DNA of 32,000 bases, from positions 4,650,001 to 4,682,000 of the forward strand of contig NZ_LN831024.1 in the NCBI RefSeq assembly GCF_001457615.1. The letters are read 5' to 3'. Below are positions 1 through 9,200 of this stretch, one piece after another. The stretch comes from Pseudomonas aeruginosa (GTDB lineage Bacteria > Pseudomonadota > Gammaproteobacteria > Pseudomonadales > Pseudomonadaceae). Position 1 is the first letter of the stretch. The number at the start of each line of letters is the position of its first letter. The position numbers were made by a program, and so were the translations under genes. Below the pieces are notes generated by a model. It searched no databases. It was given only the letters and a program-made list of their open reading frames with translations, and was not told where the DNA came from.

Positions 1-633
1 GAGGACGGCGGCGCCATGTTCCCCACCGGCAACCTGGTGGACGATCTGGAGGTGCCGGGGGTCGGTACCTTCAAGGCGACCATGATCAACGCCGGGATTC
101 CCACGGTGTTCGTCAATGCCGAGGAGATCGGCTACCGCGGCACCGAGCTGCGCGAAGAGATCAACGGCGACCCGCAGCAACTGGCGCGCTTCGAACGGAT
201 CCGCGTCGCCGGCGCCCTGCGCATGGGCCTGATCAAGACCCCCGAGGAAGCCGCGACCCGCCAGCACACGCCGAAGATCGCCTTCGTCGCCCCGCCCCGC
301 GACTACCGCACCGCCAGCGGCAAGCTGGTGGCGGCCGGCGATATCGACCTGCTGGTCCGCGCGCTGTCCATGGGCAAGCTGCACCACGCGATGATGGGTA
401 CCGCGGCGGTGGCCATCGGCACCGCCGCAGCCATTCCCGGCACCCTGGTGAACCTCGCCGCCGGCGGCGGCGAACGCAGCGCGGTACGCTTCGGCCATCC
501 CTCCGGCACCCTGCGAGTGGGCGCCGAGGCCAGCCAGGCGAACGGCGAATGGACGGTGACCAAGGCGATCATGAGCCGCAGCGCGCGAATCCTCATGGAA
601 GGCTGGGTGCGCGTACCCGGCGACGCCTTCTGA
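1..633 (+). CDS. prpF: 2-methylaconitate isomerase PrpF, C-terminal part (5' end lies outside the window)
   Basis: Frame 1 is open from base 1 to the TGA at 631-633. The translated sequence (GNLVDDLEVPGVGTFKATMINAGIPTVFVNAEEIGY...) has the PrpF-family look. It sits directly upstream of prpD, as in acnD/prpF-type methylcitrate clusters. Confidence 0.8.
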   Translation, partial: EDGGAMFPTGNLVDDLEVPGVGTFKATMINAGIPTVFVNAEEIGYRGTELREEINGDPQQLARFERIRVAGALRMGLIKTPEEAATRQHTPKIAFVAPPRDYRTASGKLVAAGDIDLLVRALSMGKLHHAMMGTAAVAIGTAAAIPGTLVNLAAGGGERSAVRFGHPSGTLRVGAEASQANGEWTVTKAIMSRSARILMEGWVRVPGDAF

Positions 634-647
634 ACCGACCTATCCTT

Positions 648-681
648 GCCCCGGCCTTCCGCCACCGCGAAAGGCCGGGGC
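648..681 (+). other. GC-rich stem-loop just after the prpF stop; possible attenuator or mRNA-stabilising hairpin
   Basis: GCCCCGGCCTT (648-658) pairs perfectly with AAGGCCGGGGC (671-681) around a 12-nt loop. It is followed by GTCTTGC, so there is no clear U-tract and it is not a canonical intrinsic terminator. Confidence 0.45.
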
Positions 682-767
682 GTCTTGCAGCCACGACAAG
701 AAAAACCATCCCCGAACCAGCCTGACCCGAGAGGAAACCCACCACTTACGAACCACTGGAGTACGCG

Positions 768-2252
768 ATGAGTGCCAACGTCGATCTCAACCAACGTCCC
801 GACTACGACGCCGTCCTGCAGGACATCGCCGACTACGTGCTGGACTACCGCATCGATTCCACGGAGGCCCTGGACACCGCCCGCAACTGCCTGATGGATA
901 CCCTCGGCTGCGGCCTGCTGGCGCTGCGCTTCCCGGAATGCACCAAGCACCTCGGCCCGCTGGTCGAGGGCACCCTGGTCCCGCACGGCGCGCGGGTGCC
1001 GGGCACCTCCTTCCGGCTCGACCCGGTCAAGGCCGCCTGGGACATCGGCTGCATCGTCCGCTGGCTGGACTACAACGACACCTGGCTGGCCGCCGAGTGG
1101 GGCCATCCCTCGGACAACCTCGGCGGCATCCTCGCCGTCGCCGACCACCTCTCGCAGAAACGCCTGGCCAACGGCGAAGCGCCGCTGAGCATGCGCCAGG
1201 TACTGGAAGCGATGATCATGGCCCACGAGATCCAGGGCGTGATCGCCCTGGAGAACTCGTTCAATCGCGTCGGCCTCGACCATGTGCTGCTGGTCAAGGT
1301 CGCGTCCACCGCCGTCTGCGCCAAGCTGATGGGGGCCGACCGCGAGCAACTGCTGGCCGCCCTCTCCCACGCCTTCGTCGACGGCCAGGCCCTGCGCACC
1401 TACCGTCACGCACCGAACGCCGGCTCGCGCAAGTCCTGGGCCGCTGGCGACGCGACGAGCCGCGGCGTGCGCCTGGCGGACATCGCCTTGCGCGGCGAGA
1501 TGGGCATCCCCGGCGTGCTCAGCGCGCCGCAATGGGGTTTCTACGATGTCCTGTTCAGCCACACCAGCAAGGACCTGGCGACCAAGCCCGAGGACAAGCG
1601 GCGCTTCAGCTTCCCCCAGGGCTACGGCAGCTACGTGATGGAAAACGTGCTGTTCAAGATCAGCTTCCCCGCCGAATTCCACGCGCAGACCGCCGCCGAG
1701 GCCGCCGTGCGCCTGCATCCGCTGGTGAAGGACCGCCTGCAACGGATCAGCCGCATCGTCATCACCACCCACGAGTCGGCGATCCGCATCATTTCCAAGG
1801 TCGGCCCGCTGGCCAACCCCGCAGACCGCGACCATTGCCTGCAGTACATGACCGCCGTGCCGCTGATCTTCGGCGACCTGGTGGCCGAGCACTACGAGGA
1901 CGCCTTCCACGCCGCCCACCCGCTGATCGACCGCTTGCGCGAGAAAATGGAGATCGTCGAGGAGCCGCGCTACAGCCGTGAATACCTGGAGGCGGACAAG
2001 CGCTCCATCGCCAACGCCGTGGAAGTGTTCTTCGACGACGGCAGCAGCACCGGCCAGGTCGCCGTGGAGTACCCGCTCGGCCATCGCCGCCGGCGCGCCG
2101 AAGGCATTCCGCTGCTGCAGGAGAAGTTCAAGGCCAACCTAGCCACACGCTTCCCGCCGCAGCGCTGCCAGAGGATCTTCGACCTGTGCAGCCACCAGGC
2201 ATCGCTGGAAGCCACGCCGGTGAACCGCTTCATGGACCTCCTGGCGATCTGA
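768..2252 (+). CDS. prpD: 2-methylcitrate dehydratase PrpD
   Basis: 494-aa ORF. ATG at 768 is preceded by GGAG (757-760). MmgE/PrpD-family sequence throughout, and methylcitrate-cluster context with prpF. Confidence 0.92.
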   Translation: MSANVDLNQRPDYDAVLQDIADYVLDYRIDSTEALDTARNCLMDTLGCGLLALRFPECTKHLGPLVEGTLVPHGARVPGTSFRLDPVKAAWDIGCIVRWLDYNDTWLAAEWGHPSDNLGGILAVADHLSQKRLANGEAPLSMRQVLEAMIMAHEIQGVIALENSFNRVGLDHVLLVKVASTAVCAKLMGADREQLLAALSHAFVDGQALRTYRHAPNAGSRKSWAAGDATSRGVRLADIALRGEMGIPGVLSAPQWGFYDVLFSHTSKDLATKPEDKRRFSFPQGYGSYVMENVLFKISFPAEFHAQTAAEAAVRLHPLVKDRLQRISRIVITTHESAIRIISKVGPLANPADRDHCLQYMTAVPLIFGDLVAEHYEDAFHAAHPLIDRLREKMEIVEEPRYSREYLEADKRSIANAVEVFFDDGSSTGQVAVEYPLGHRRRRAEGIPLLQEKFKANLATRFPPQRCQRIFDLCSHQASLEATPVNRFMDLLAI

Positions 2253-3018
2253 GCGCGCCCGCCTGGAAGGCGCTGGGCGGCTGGCCGAGGACCCGGCGGA
2301 ACATGGTCGAGAAGGCTGCCGGGCTCTGGTAGCCGCAGTCCAGGGCGATGGCGGTGACCGTTTCGCCGCCGGCCAGCCGCGCCAGTGCCTGCACCACGCA
2401 GGCGCGTTGCTTCCAGGCACCGAAGCTGAGGCCGGTGTAGCGACGGAAGGTGCGGTTGAAACTGCGCAGGCTGGTATGCAGCAACCCGGCCCAGCGTTCG
2501 GCGCTGGCGCGGATGTCGGGCTCGACGAGGAACGCCTCGCAGAGCGCCAGCCAGCGCGGCTCGGGCGGCAAGGGCACGTGCAGCGGCAGCGTCTCGGCCG
2601 CCGCCAGCTCATGGAGCAACAGCGTCGCCAACGCGCCGTCGCGACCTTCGGTGTCGTATTCCAGGGGCATGTCCACCGCCGCCAGCAACAGTTGCCGCAG
2701 CAGCGGCGACACCGCCAGCACCTGGCAGTGCGCCGGCATCGCCATGGCGCTGCCGGGCTCGATGTACAGGCTGCGGGTGCTCACCCCGAGCATTCGCACC
2801 TCGTGCTCGACGCCCGGCGGAATCCACACTGCGCGCTGTGGCGGCACCACCCAGCCGGCGTCGCCGGTACGCACCTGCATCACCCCGCTGGCACCGTACA
2901 GCAGTTGCGCGCGACGATGCCGATGGCGCGGCAGCAGGTAGCCGTCGGGATAGTCGGTACCCATGGCCACCACGGCCCGGGGCGTGGCGTCGTACTGCTC
3001 GATGGAAGCGTTGCGCAT
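2230..3018 (-). CDS. AraC-family transcriptional regulator (N-terminal cupin-like domain plus C-terminal HTH)
   Basis: 262-aa ORF with ATG at 3018. The C-terminus (...[62 protein letters not shown]) is a typical AraC double HTH. It is divergent from the TauE/SafE gene, and its 3' end overlaps the prpD 3' end by 23 nt. Confidence 0.88.
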   Translation of the reverse strand: MRNASIEQYDATPRAVVAMGTDYPDGYLLPRHRHRRAQLLYGASGVMQVRTGDAGWVVPPQRAVWIPPGVEHEVRMLGVSTRSLYIEPGSAMAMPAHCQVLAVSPLLRQLLLAAVDMPLEYDTEGRDGALATLLLHELAAAETLPLHVPLPPEPRWLALCEAFLVEPDIRASAERWAGLLHTSLRSFNRTFRRYTGLSFGAWKQRACVVQALARLAGGETVTAIALDCGYQSPAAFSTMFRRVLGQPPSAFQAGALRSPGGP

Positions 3019-3124
3019 GGTCGAAGCACCTGGCCGAAACGCGAATAGTATTGGCCAACCTCGCGAAGCGGGCCAGCCCCGGGACGCCTAAGCTGGCCTT
3101 CCGCTCTCGCTCCGGAAACCCGCC

Positions 3125-3940
3125 ATGTTCTATCTCCTGCTCTTTCTCTGCGGCTGCCTCACCGGGGTCAGCGCCGTGTTGTTCGGCTTTGGCGGCGGCT
3201 TCGTGGTGGTGCCGCTGCTCTATCACCTGCTGCAACTCGGTCGCGCCGCCGACGACCCGCTGGCCCAGGCGGCCATGCAGGTCGCGGTGGCCACCTCGAC
3301 CTGCGTGATGATCGTCAACGCCGCCCTCGCCACCTATCGCCACCGGCGCGCCGGCAGCCTGCTGCGCGCCTATGTCTGGCCGCTGGGCGCGTACATCGGT
3401 GTCGGCGCGGTGCTTGGCGCGGCGCTGGTCGGCCTGGCCAGCGGCGACTTCATTCGCCTGGCCTTCGTCGCCTACCTCGCCATCACCATCCTCGACTGCC
3501 TGTTGCGTCGCGGCTTCCTCAGCCGCGCCGAGGAGCGCCAGGCGCGGCCGCTGGGCGTCGGCGAGACGCGCCTGGGCGGAACGCTGATCGGTGCGATCGC
3601 CACCTTCCTCGGCGTCGGAGGCAGCGTGATGACCGTACCACTGCTGCGCCGCTGCGGGCTGAGCATGACCCAGGCGACCTCCATGGCCAACCCGCTGAGC
3701 CTGCCGGTGGCTCTTGGCGGCACCCTTACCTACCTGGTCCTGGCCGGCTACCAGGAGCAAGGCCTGGGCCGAGGCTTCGTCGGCTACATCGACCTGCTGG
3801 CCTTCGCCACCCTGGCCGGCGGCGGCTGGCTCGGCATCCGCCTGGCGACCCCGCTGATCGGGCGGATTCCCGATGCGCTGCATGCACGGGTGTACGTCGG
3901 CCTGCTGGCGGCGGTGATGCTGAGCATGCTGGCGGGCTGA
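3125..3940 (+). CDS. TauE/SafE (DUF81) family inner-membrane anion exporter-like protein
   Basis: 271-aa polytopic hydrophobic ORF. It carries the duplicated family motif GGGFVVVPLL / GVGGSVMTVPLL. ATG at 3125. Confidence 0.85.
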   Translation: MFYLLLFLCGCLTGVSAVLFGFGGGFVVVPLLYHLLQLGRAADDPLAQAAMQVAVATSTCVMIVNAALATYRHRRAGSLLRAYVWPLGAYIGVGAVLGAALVGLASGDFIRLAFVAYLAITILDCLLRRGFLSRAEERQARPLGVGETRLGGTLIGAIATFLGVGGSVMTVPLLRRCGLSMTQATSMANPLSLPVALGGTLTYLVLAGYQEQGLGRGFVGYIDLLAFATLAGGGWLGIRLATPLIGRIPDALHARVYVGLLAAVMLSMLAG

Positions 3941-3953
3941 TGCCCCAGCCTGG

Positions 3954-3990
3954 GTAGGGCGAATAACGCCAACGGCGTTATTCGCCGGAT
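3954..3990. repeat. REP-like extragenic palindrome
   Basis: GTAGGGCGAATAACGCC-AAC-GGCGTTATTCGCCGGATG. Perfect 13-bp arms at 3958-3970 and 3974-3986. The same GTAGGGCGAATAAC... unit recurs at 20390-20421. Confidence 0.7.
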
Positions 3991-4016
3991 GCACCGGACC
4001 GGATATCGGCGCAACG

Positions 4017-4050
4017 AAAAAAGGGCCTCGTCCGAGGCCCCTTTTCTTTT
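4017..4050. terminator. Bidirectional rho-independent terminator between the convergent TauE/SafE and permease genes
   Basis: An A-run (4017-4022), then stem GGGCCTCG/CGAGGCCC (4023-4040), then a T-rich run CTTTTCTTTT (4041-4050). It can therefore act on either strand. Confidence 0.75.
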
Positions 4051-4065
4051 CCGGCGCTACACCGC

Positions 4066-5481
4066 TCAGGACGCCGCGCGGCTTACCGAGCCGGTGCCGG
4101 AAGGCTCCTTCGGCGCCAGGTTGAAGGCGTAGTACAGGACGGTCAGCAGCAGGATGAACGGCGGGCCGATGTAGAGGGCGATGCGGGTGTCCTCGAAGAA
4201 GGCCATCAACACCACCACCATCACCAGGAACGCCAGCGCCAGGTAGGAACTGACCGGGTACAGCCACATGCGGTATTGCAGCTTGTCGCACTCGGCCGGG
4301 CTGAGCGTCTTGCGGAAGCGCAACTGGGCCAGCAGGATCATCGCCCAGGTCCAGATCGCGCCGAAGGTGGCGATGGAAGTCACCCAGACGAATACCTTCT
4401 CCGGCACCAGGTAGTTCAGCAACACGCCCAGCAGCAGCGCCAGGATCGACAGGATCAGCGCCCGGCGCGGTACGCCGCTGCGCGAGGCCTTGCCGAAGAA
4501 GGCCGGGGCCTGGCGATGCTGGGCCAGGCTGTAGAGCATGCGCCCGGTACTGAAGATGCCGCCATTGCAGGACGACAGTGCGGCGGTGATCACCACGAAG
4601 TTGATGATCCCGGCGGCGGTCTTGATGCCCATGCGCTCGAAGGTCATCACGAAGGGGCTGCCCTGGGTGCCGATCTCGTTCCACGGATAGAGCGACATGA
4701 TCACGAACAGCGAGCCGACATAGAACAGCAGGATGCGCCAGAACACCGAGTTGATCGCGCTGGGAATGGTCTTGGTCGGGTTACGCGCTTCGCCGGCGGT
4801 GAGGCCGATCATTTCCACCCCGAGGTAGGCGAACATCACCATCTGCAGCGACATCAGCACGCCCTGGATGCCATTGGGCATGAAGCCGCCGTGGGCCCAG
4901 AGGTTGGAGATGCCGGTGGCGATGCCGTCGTTGCCGAAGCCGAAGGCGATCATGCCGATGCCGACCACCACCATCGCCAGGATGGTGACGATCTTGATCA
5001 GGGCGAACCAGAACTCGAACTCGCCGAAGGCGCGCACCGCGATGAGGTTGATCGTGCCCATGCTCGCCAGGGCCGCCAGGGCCCAGATCCAGCGCGGCAC
5101 GTCGGGGAACCAGATACCCATGTAGACGGCGACGGCGGTGATTTCGGCGACACAGGTCACCAGCCAGAGGAACCAGTAGTTCCAGCCGGTGATGAAGCCC
5201 GCCAGCGGGCCCAGGTAGTCCTTGGCGTACTGGCTGAAGGAACCGGCCACCGGATTGTGTACCGCCATCTCGCCGAGGGCGCGCATGATCACCAGGATCG
5301 CCAGGCCGCCGAGGATGTAGGAGATCATGATGGCCGGGCCGGCCATCTGGATGGCCTTCGCCGAGCCCAGGAACAGGCCGACGCCGATACAGGCGCCGAG
5401 CGCCATCAGGCGGATGTGTCGCTCACCGAGCTCGCGCTTCAGGGAGCCGTCTTGAACCTTCTGTTCGCCGACAGACGACAT
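4066..5481 (-). CDS. APC-family amino-acid permease, closest in look to proline-specific permease ProY
   Basis: 471-aa ORF. ATG at 5481 has GAGG 8 nt upstream. The sequence aligns by eye along its whole length with E. coli ProY (RHIRLMALGACIGVGLF.GSA.AI.MAGP; MRALGEM.VHNP...SF..YA...LGPLAG.ITGW; GGF..NG; LQMVMFAY.G.E.IG.TAGEA). Confidence 0.85.
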   Translation of the reverse strand: MSSVGEQKVQDGSLKRELGERHIRLMALGACIGVGLFLGSAKAIQMAGPAIMISYILGGLAILVIMRALGEMAVHNPVAGSFSQYAKDYLGPLAGFITGWNYWFLWLVTCVAEITAVAVYMGIWFPDVPRWIWALAALASMGTINLIAVRAFGEFEFWFALIKIVTILAMVVVGIGMIAFGFGNDGIATGISNLWAHGGFMPNGIQGVLMSLQMVMFAYLGVEMIGLTAGEARNPTKTIPSAINSVFWRILLFYVGSLFVIMSLYPWNEIGTQGSPFVMTFERMGIKTAAGIINFVVITAALSSCNGGIFSTGRMLYSLAQHRQAPAFFGKASRSGVPRRALILSILALLLGVLLNYLVPEKVFVWVTSIATFGAIWTWAMILLAQLRFRKTLSPAECDKLQYRMWLYPVSSYLALAFLVMVVVLMAFFEDTRIALYIGPPFILLLTVLYYAFNLAPKEPSGTGSVSRAAS

Positions 5482-5911
5482 GGGAACAACCTCATTTTGT
5501 TATTGAGATAGATCAGTTGCGGACTCGCTCGTGCGGTCGGGGTAGGGAAGCGGATTTCACCAACGGCGCGGCCCCTGCGCGATACCGCACAGCGGGCGAC
5601 GACGGGGCGTCATAGGTTCCAGGACTGCACACCGGAAGAGGCTGTCCGCTCTCGTGGAGCGAACGTGGGCATTGCGGGAGTCGACTACAACTGAGGTCGG
5701 GCCGGAGTTTTACACAAGATTTCAAGGCCGTCATGCCCCGCGATGGGGCAACTGGACCAAAGGTGTAAGGACCGCCAACGCTGAATGGATTCACTCCCTG
5801 GGCCGCGCGCGCGGCAGCAGGGACAGCGGCCGGCCGAGCCGGGAGTGGACGGTTTCGCGCTGGCCTTGCAGGCGCCAGCTGCGCTCGAGCAGCCGGCTGC
5901 GCTGCATGGGG

Positions 5912-6121
5912 TCAGCGCAGGGGTTCGCGGCAGCGGAGATCGCGGTAGGGGCCGTCGAGCCTGACCCAGCCGTCTCCCGGCGAGGTCTGCATGCAGGCGA
6001 CCTGGCCGTCGAGCTTGCTCTGCCATTTGTAGAAGGGCGCCGGCGCGGCCTGCGCCGCGAGGCCGGAGAAACCCGCCAGGACGACACCGACGAGAAGGGG
6101 AAAAAGTGTGCGCATCGACAT
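5912..6121 (-). CDS. Small secreted protein of unknown function (about 67-69 aa precursor; start at 6121 or 6115)
   Basis: M(S)MRTLFPLLVGVVLAGFSGLAAQA|APAPFYKWQSKLDGQVACMQTSPGDGWVRLDGPYRDLRCREPLR. This is a classic type-I signal peptide with an AQA cleavage motif, and the mature part has 2 Cys. About 85% of third codon positions are G/C by hand count, like the neighbouring real genes. The SD is weak. The gene lies in an otherwise empty ~790-bp gap. Confidence 0.55.
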   Translation of the reverse strand: MSMRTLFPLLVGVVLAGFSGLAAQAAPAPFYKWQSKLDGQVACMQTSPGDGWVRLDGPYRDLRCREPLR

Positions 6122-6274
6122 TCCGGACCCGAAACACAAGGAACTCAGACAGACACTCTAACCCCTGCGCCACGCCGCTCCAATCCTCGGTCGTCCGATT
6201 GCCGCCGGGGAGATTTTCCTTGCACGAATGACAGCAGGGTTGCAGCGGGACAACTAGACTTCCCCCAGGTGCGG

Positions 6275-9200
6275 ATGAATTGCGCAGCTACAGGCGGTGC
6301 GAGCATGGGTGCATCAGAACGATCCACGAACGACCCTTCCGAGCTGCAACCCTGCAGTCTCCCTGCCTCCGCTTCTCCTCGAAAAAGCCGTCTCCGCCAA
6401 CGCCTGATGCTGATCGGCTTCGCCTTGCCGATCCTCGCCGCGGTGGGCATCGTGGTACTTCACGAAGCGCACACCTCGCGGCTGCAGGCACGCGAGCTGG
6501 CACGCTATGCCGCGACCCTGGACTACGAGGTGCGCCAGGGTCCCAGCGAGGCCATCCTGTTCCCGGCGGACGGCCCCTTCGACCGCCGCCTCGGCTATCA
6601 GTTGCTGCCTTCGTTCATGCAGCGCCTGTACGACCGCGACTACGCCATCACCCGCCAGGCGCACTTCTCCCCGGCACTGATGCGCTACGCCGAACACCGG
6701 CTGTTCCCGCCCTACGCGGAAAAGGCCCAGGCCGGGCTGGACATCGCCGATTGCCGCGGCGTGCCGATCTACGACTTCCGCTATCCGCAACGGCGCTACG
6801 CGAACTTCGCCAGCCTGCCGCCGCTGGTGGTGCAGAGCCTGCTGTTCATCGAGAACCGCGACCTGCTCGATCACGAACGCCCCTACCTCAACCCGGCGGT
6901 GGACTGGGGTCGCTTCACCCAGGCGGCGCTGTCGCAGGTCGGCAAGATGCTCGGCTTCAGCGCGCACTCCTCCGGCGGCAGCACCCTGGCGACCCAGATC
7001 GAGAAATACCGCCACTCTGCCGAAGGGCGCACCGGCAGCATCGGCGACAAGCTGCGGCAGATGCTCTCGGCCAGCGTACGCAGCTATCGCGAAGGCCCGG
7101 CCAACTTCGCCGCGCGCCAGGACATCGTGCTCACCTACCTCAACTCGGTGCCGCTGTCGGCGGCGCCGGGCTACGGCGAGGTCACCGGCCTGGCCGATGG
7201 CCTGTGGGTCTGGTACGGCGCCGACTACCGGCAGGTCGGCGAGGCACTCGACGGCAAGGCCGGACTCGCCGCCCAGGGCCTGGCCCTGCGCCAGGTGCTG
7301 GCGCTGATGATCGCCCACCGCCGGCCTTCCTTCTATCTGGCGCCGCGCGGCCGCGACGAGCTGGACCGGATGACCGACAGCCACCTGCGAGTCCTGACCC
7401 AGGCCGGCGTCATCGAGGCGCCGTTACGCGATGCGGCGCTGGCGCAGAAGCTGGCGTTCCGCGACCCACGCAGCCAGCCGACGGTGCAACCGCTGCCGAC
7501 CAACAAGGGCGTGACCCTGGCTCGCACCCGCCTGGCCGGGATGCTCGGCGTGCCACTGTACGACCTCGACCGTCTCGACCTGCGGGCCAATACCACCCTC
7601 CAGCACGAGTTGCAGGAAAGCGTCACCGCCTACTTGCAGAAACTCGCCGACCCGGACTACGCCGCCCAGCTCGGGCTGATCGGCGAACGCCTGCTGACCC
7701 CGACCTCGACCCGCTCGGTACGCTACAGCTTCACCCTGTTCGAACGTACGCCGAGCGGCAACCAGGTGCGGGTGCAGACCGACAACACCGACCAGCCCTT
7801 CGACATCAACGAAGGCAGCAAGCTGGAGTTGGGCTCCACCGCCAAGCTACGGGTGCTGGCCAGCTACCTGGAGACCGTCGCGCAGATCCACCGCGACTAT
7901 GGCGGCATGAGCGTCGCCGAGCTGCGCAAGGTGGAAGTGGAGCCGCTCGATTTCATCCTCCGCTGGGGCATCGACTACCTGGTCGCCAGCCGCGACCGCG
8001 ATCTTTCCGCGATGCTCCAGGCGGCCATGGAACGGCGCTATTCGGCCAGCCCCTACGAGAGCTTCTTCACCGGCGGCGGGCTGCACACCTTCAACAACTT
8101 CCGCAAGGAAGACAACGGCCGCCGGCCGATGCTGCTGGAAGCCCTGCGCGAATCGATCAACCTGCCCTTCGTGCGCCTGTTGCGCGACCTGATCCGCCAC
8201 GATATCTACCAGAACGCCGGGAGCAAGGTGCAGTTGCTGGCCGACGACAAGGACCCGCGCCGCGCCGACTACCTCGACCGTTTCGTCGACAAGGAAAGCC
8301 AGGTCTACCTGCGCCGCTTCTGGGTCAAGTACCGCGACAAGGACGCCAACCAGCGCCTGGAGACCTTCCTCGACGGCCTGCGTCCCTGGCCGGTGCGGCT
8401 GGCCGCGATCCACCGCTACCTGCAGCCACAGGCCGACCTGGCGAGCTTCAGCGCCTTCCTCCGCGAACGCCTGCCCCGCGGCAGCCTGACCGACAAGCGC
8501 GCCGCCGAGCTGTACGAGCGCTACGGCCCGGGCAAGTTCAACCTCAACGACCAGGGCTACGTCGCCCGCGTGCACCCGCTGGAGCTATGGCTGCTCGGCT
8601 ATCTGCAGAAGCAGCCGCAGGCGACCTTCGGCGAGGCGGTGGCGGCCAGCGGCGCCGAGCGCAAGGAGGTCTACGGCTGGCTGTTCAAGTCGCGGCACAA
8701 GAACGCCCGCGACAAGCGCATCCGCATCCTGCTGGAGGTGGAGGCCTTCCTCGACCTGCACCAGCAATGGAAGAAACTCGGCTATCCCTTCGATCACCTG
8801 GTGCCCTCCTACGCCACCGCCCTGGGCAGCTCCGGCGACCGCCCGGCGGCGCTGGCCGAACTGATGGGGATCATCGTCAACGATGGCGTGCGCATGCCGA
8901 CCCTGCGCCTGGAGCACCTCGACTTCGCCCTGGGTACGCCCTACGAGACGCGCTTCGCCCCGGAAGCCACCCTCGGCCAGCGGGTGATGACCTCGGAGGT
9001 CGCCACGACCCTGCGCAACGCGCTGTCCCAGGTGGTCGACGCCGGCACCGCGCGGCGCCTGCAAGGCACCTTCAGCCGTCCGGACGGCGCGCCACTGGTG
9101 ATGGGCGGCAAGACCGGCACCGGCGACAACCGCCTGCAGACCTTCAGCGCCGGCGGCCACGTGCGCAGTTCGAAGGCACTGAACCGCACCGCCACTTTCG

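Noticed and set aside
5640-5775. Fragments on the plus strand reminiscent of a glycine riboswitch: CTCTCGTGGAGCG, CGATGGGGCAAC and CCAAAGGTGTAAGGACC.
   Set aside because: The spacing between the pieces (about 90 nt) is far too long for one aptamer. The supporting helices are not evident. No plus-strand gene lies downstream within about 450 nt. The pieces are also on the wrong strand for the permease. This needs an Infernal scan to exclude formally.
6195-6260. Possible sigma54 (GG-N10-GC) or sigma70 promoter upstream of the PBP-like gene (TTGCAC ... TAGACT). I also considered a GG-N10-GC-like site at 18031-18047.
   Set aside because: The spacings do not fit. For sigma70 the -35/-10 separation is 29 or 9 nt. 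For sigma54 the GG to GC distance is off by one or more, with poor flanking consensus.
5654-6274. A 207-codon N-terminal extension of the PBP-like ORF.
   Set aside because: The extension is Arg/Ser/Gly-rich junk. It runs exactly antisense to a better small ORF with a signal peptide. It precedes the natural architecture of cytoplasmic tail plus TM anchor, which begins near 6275-6305.
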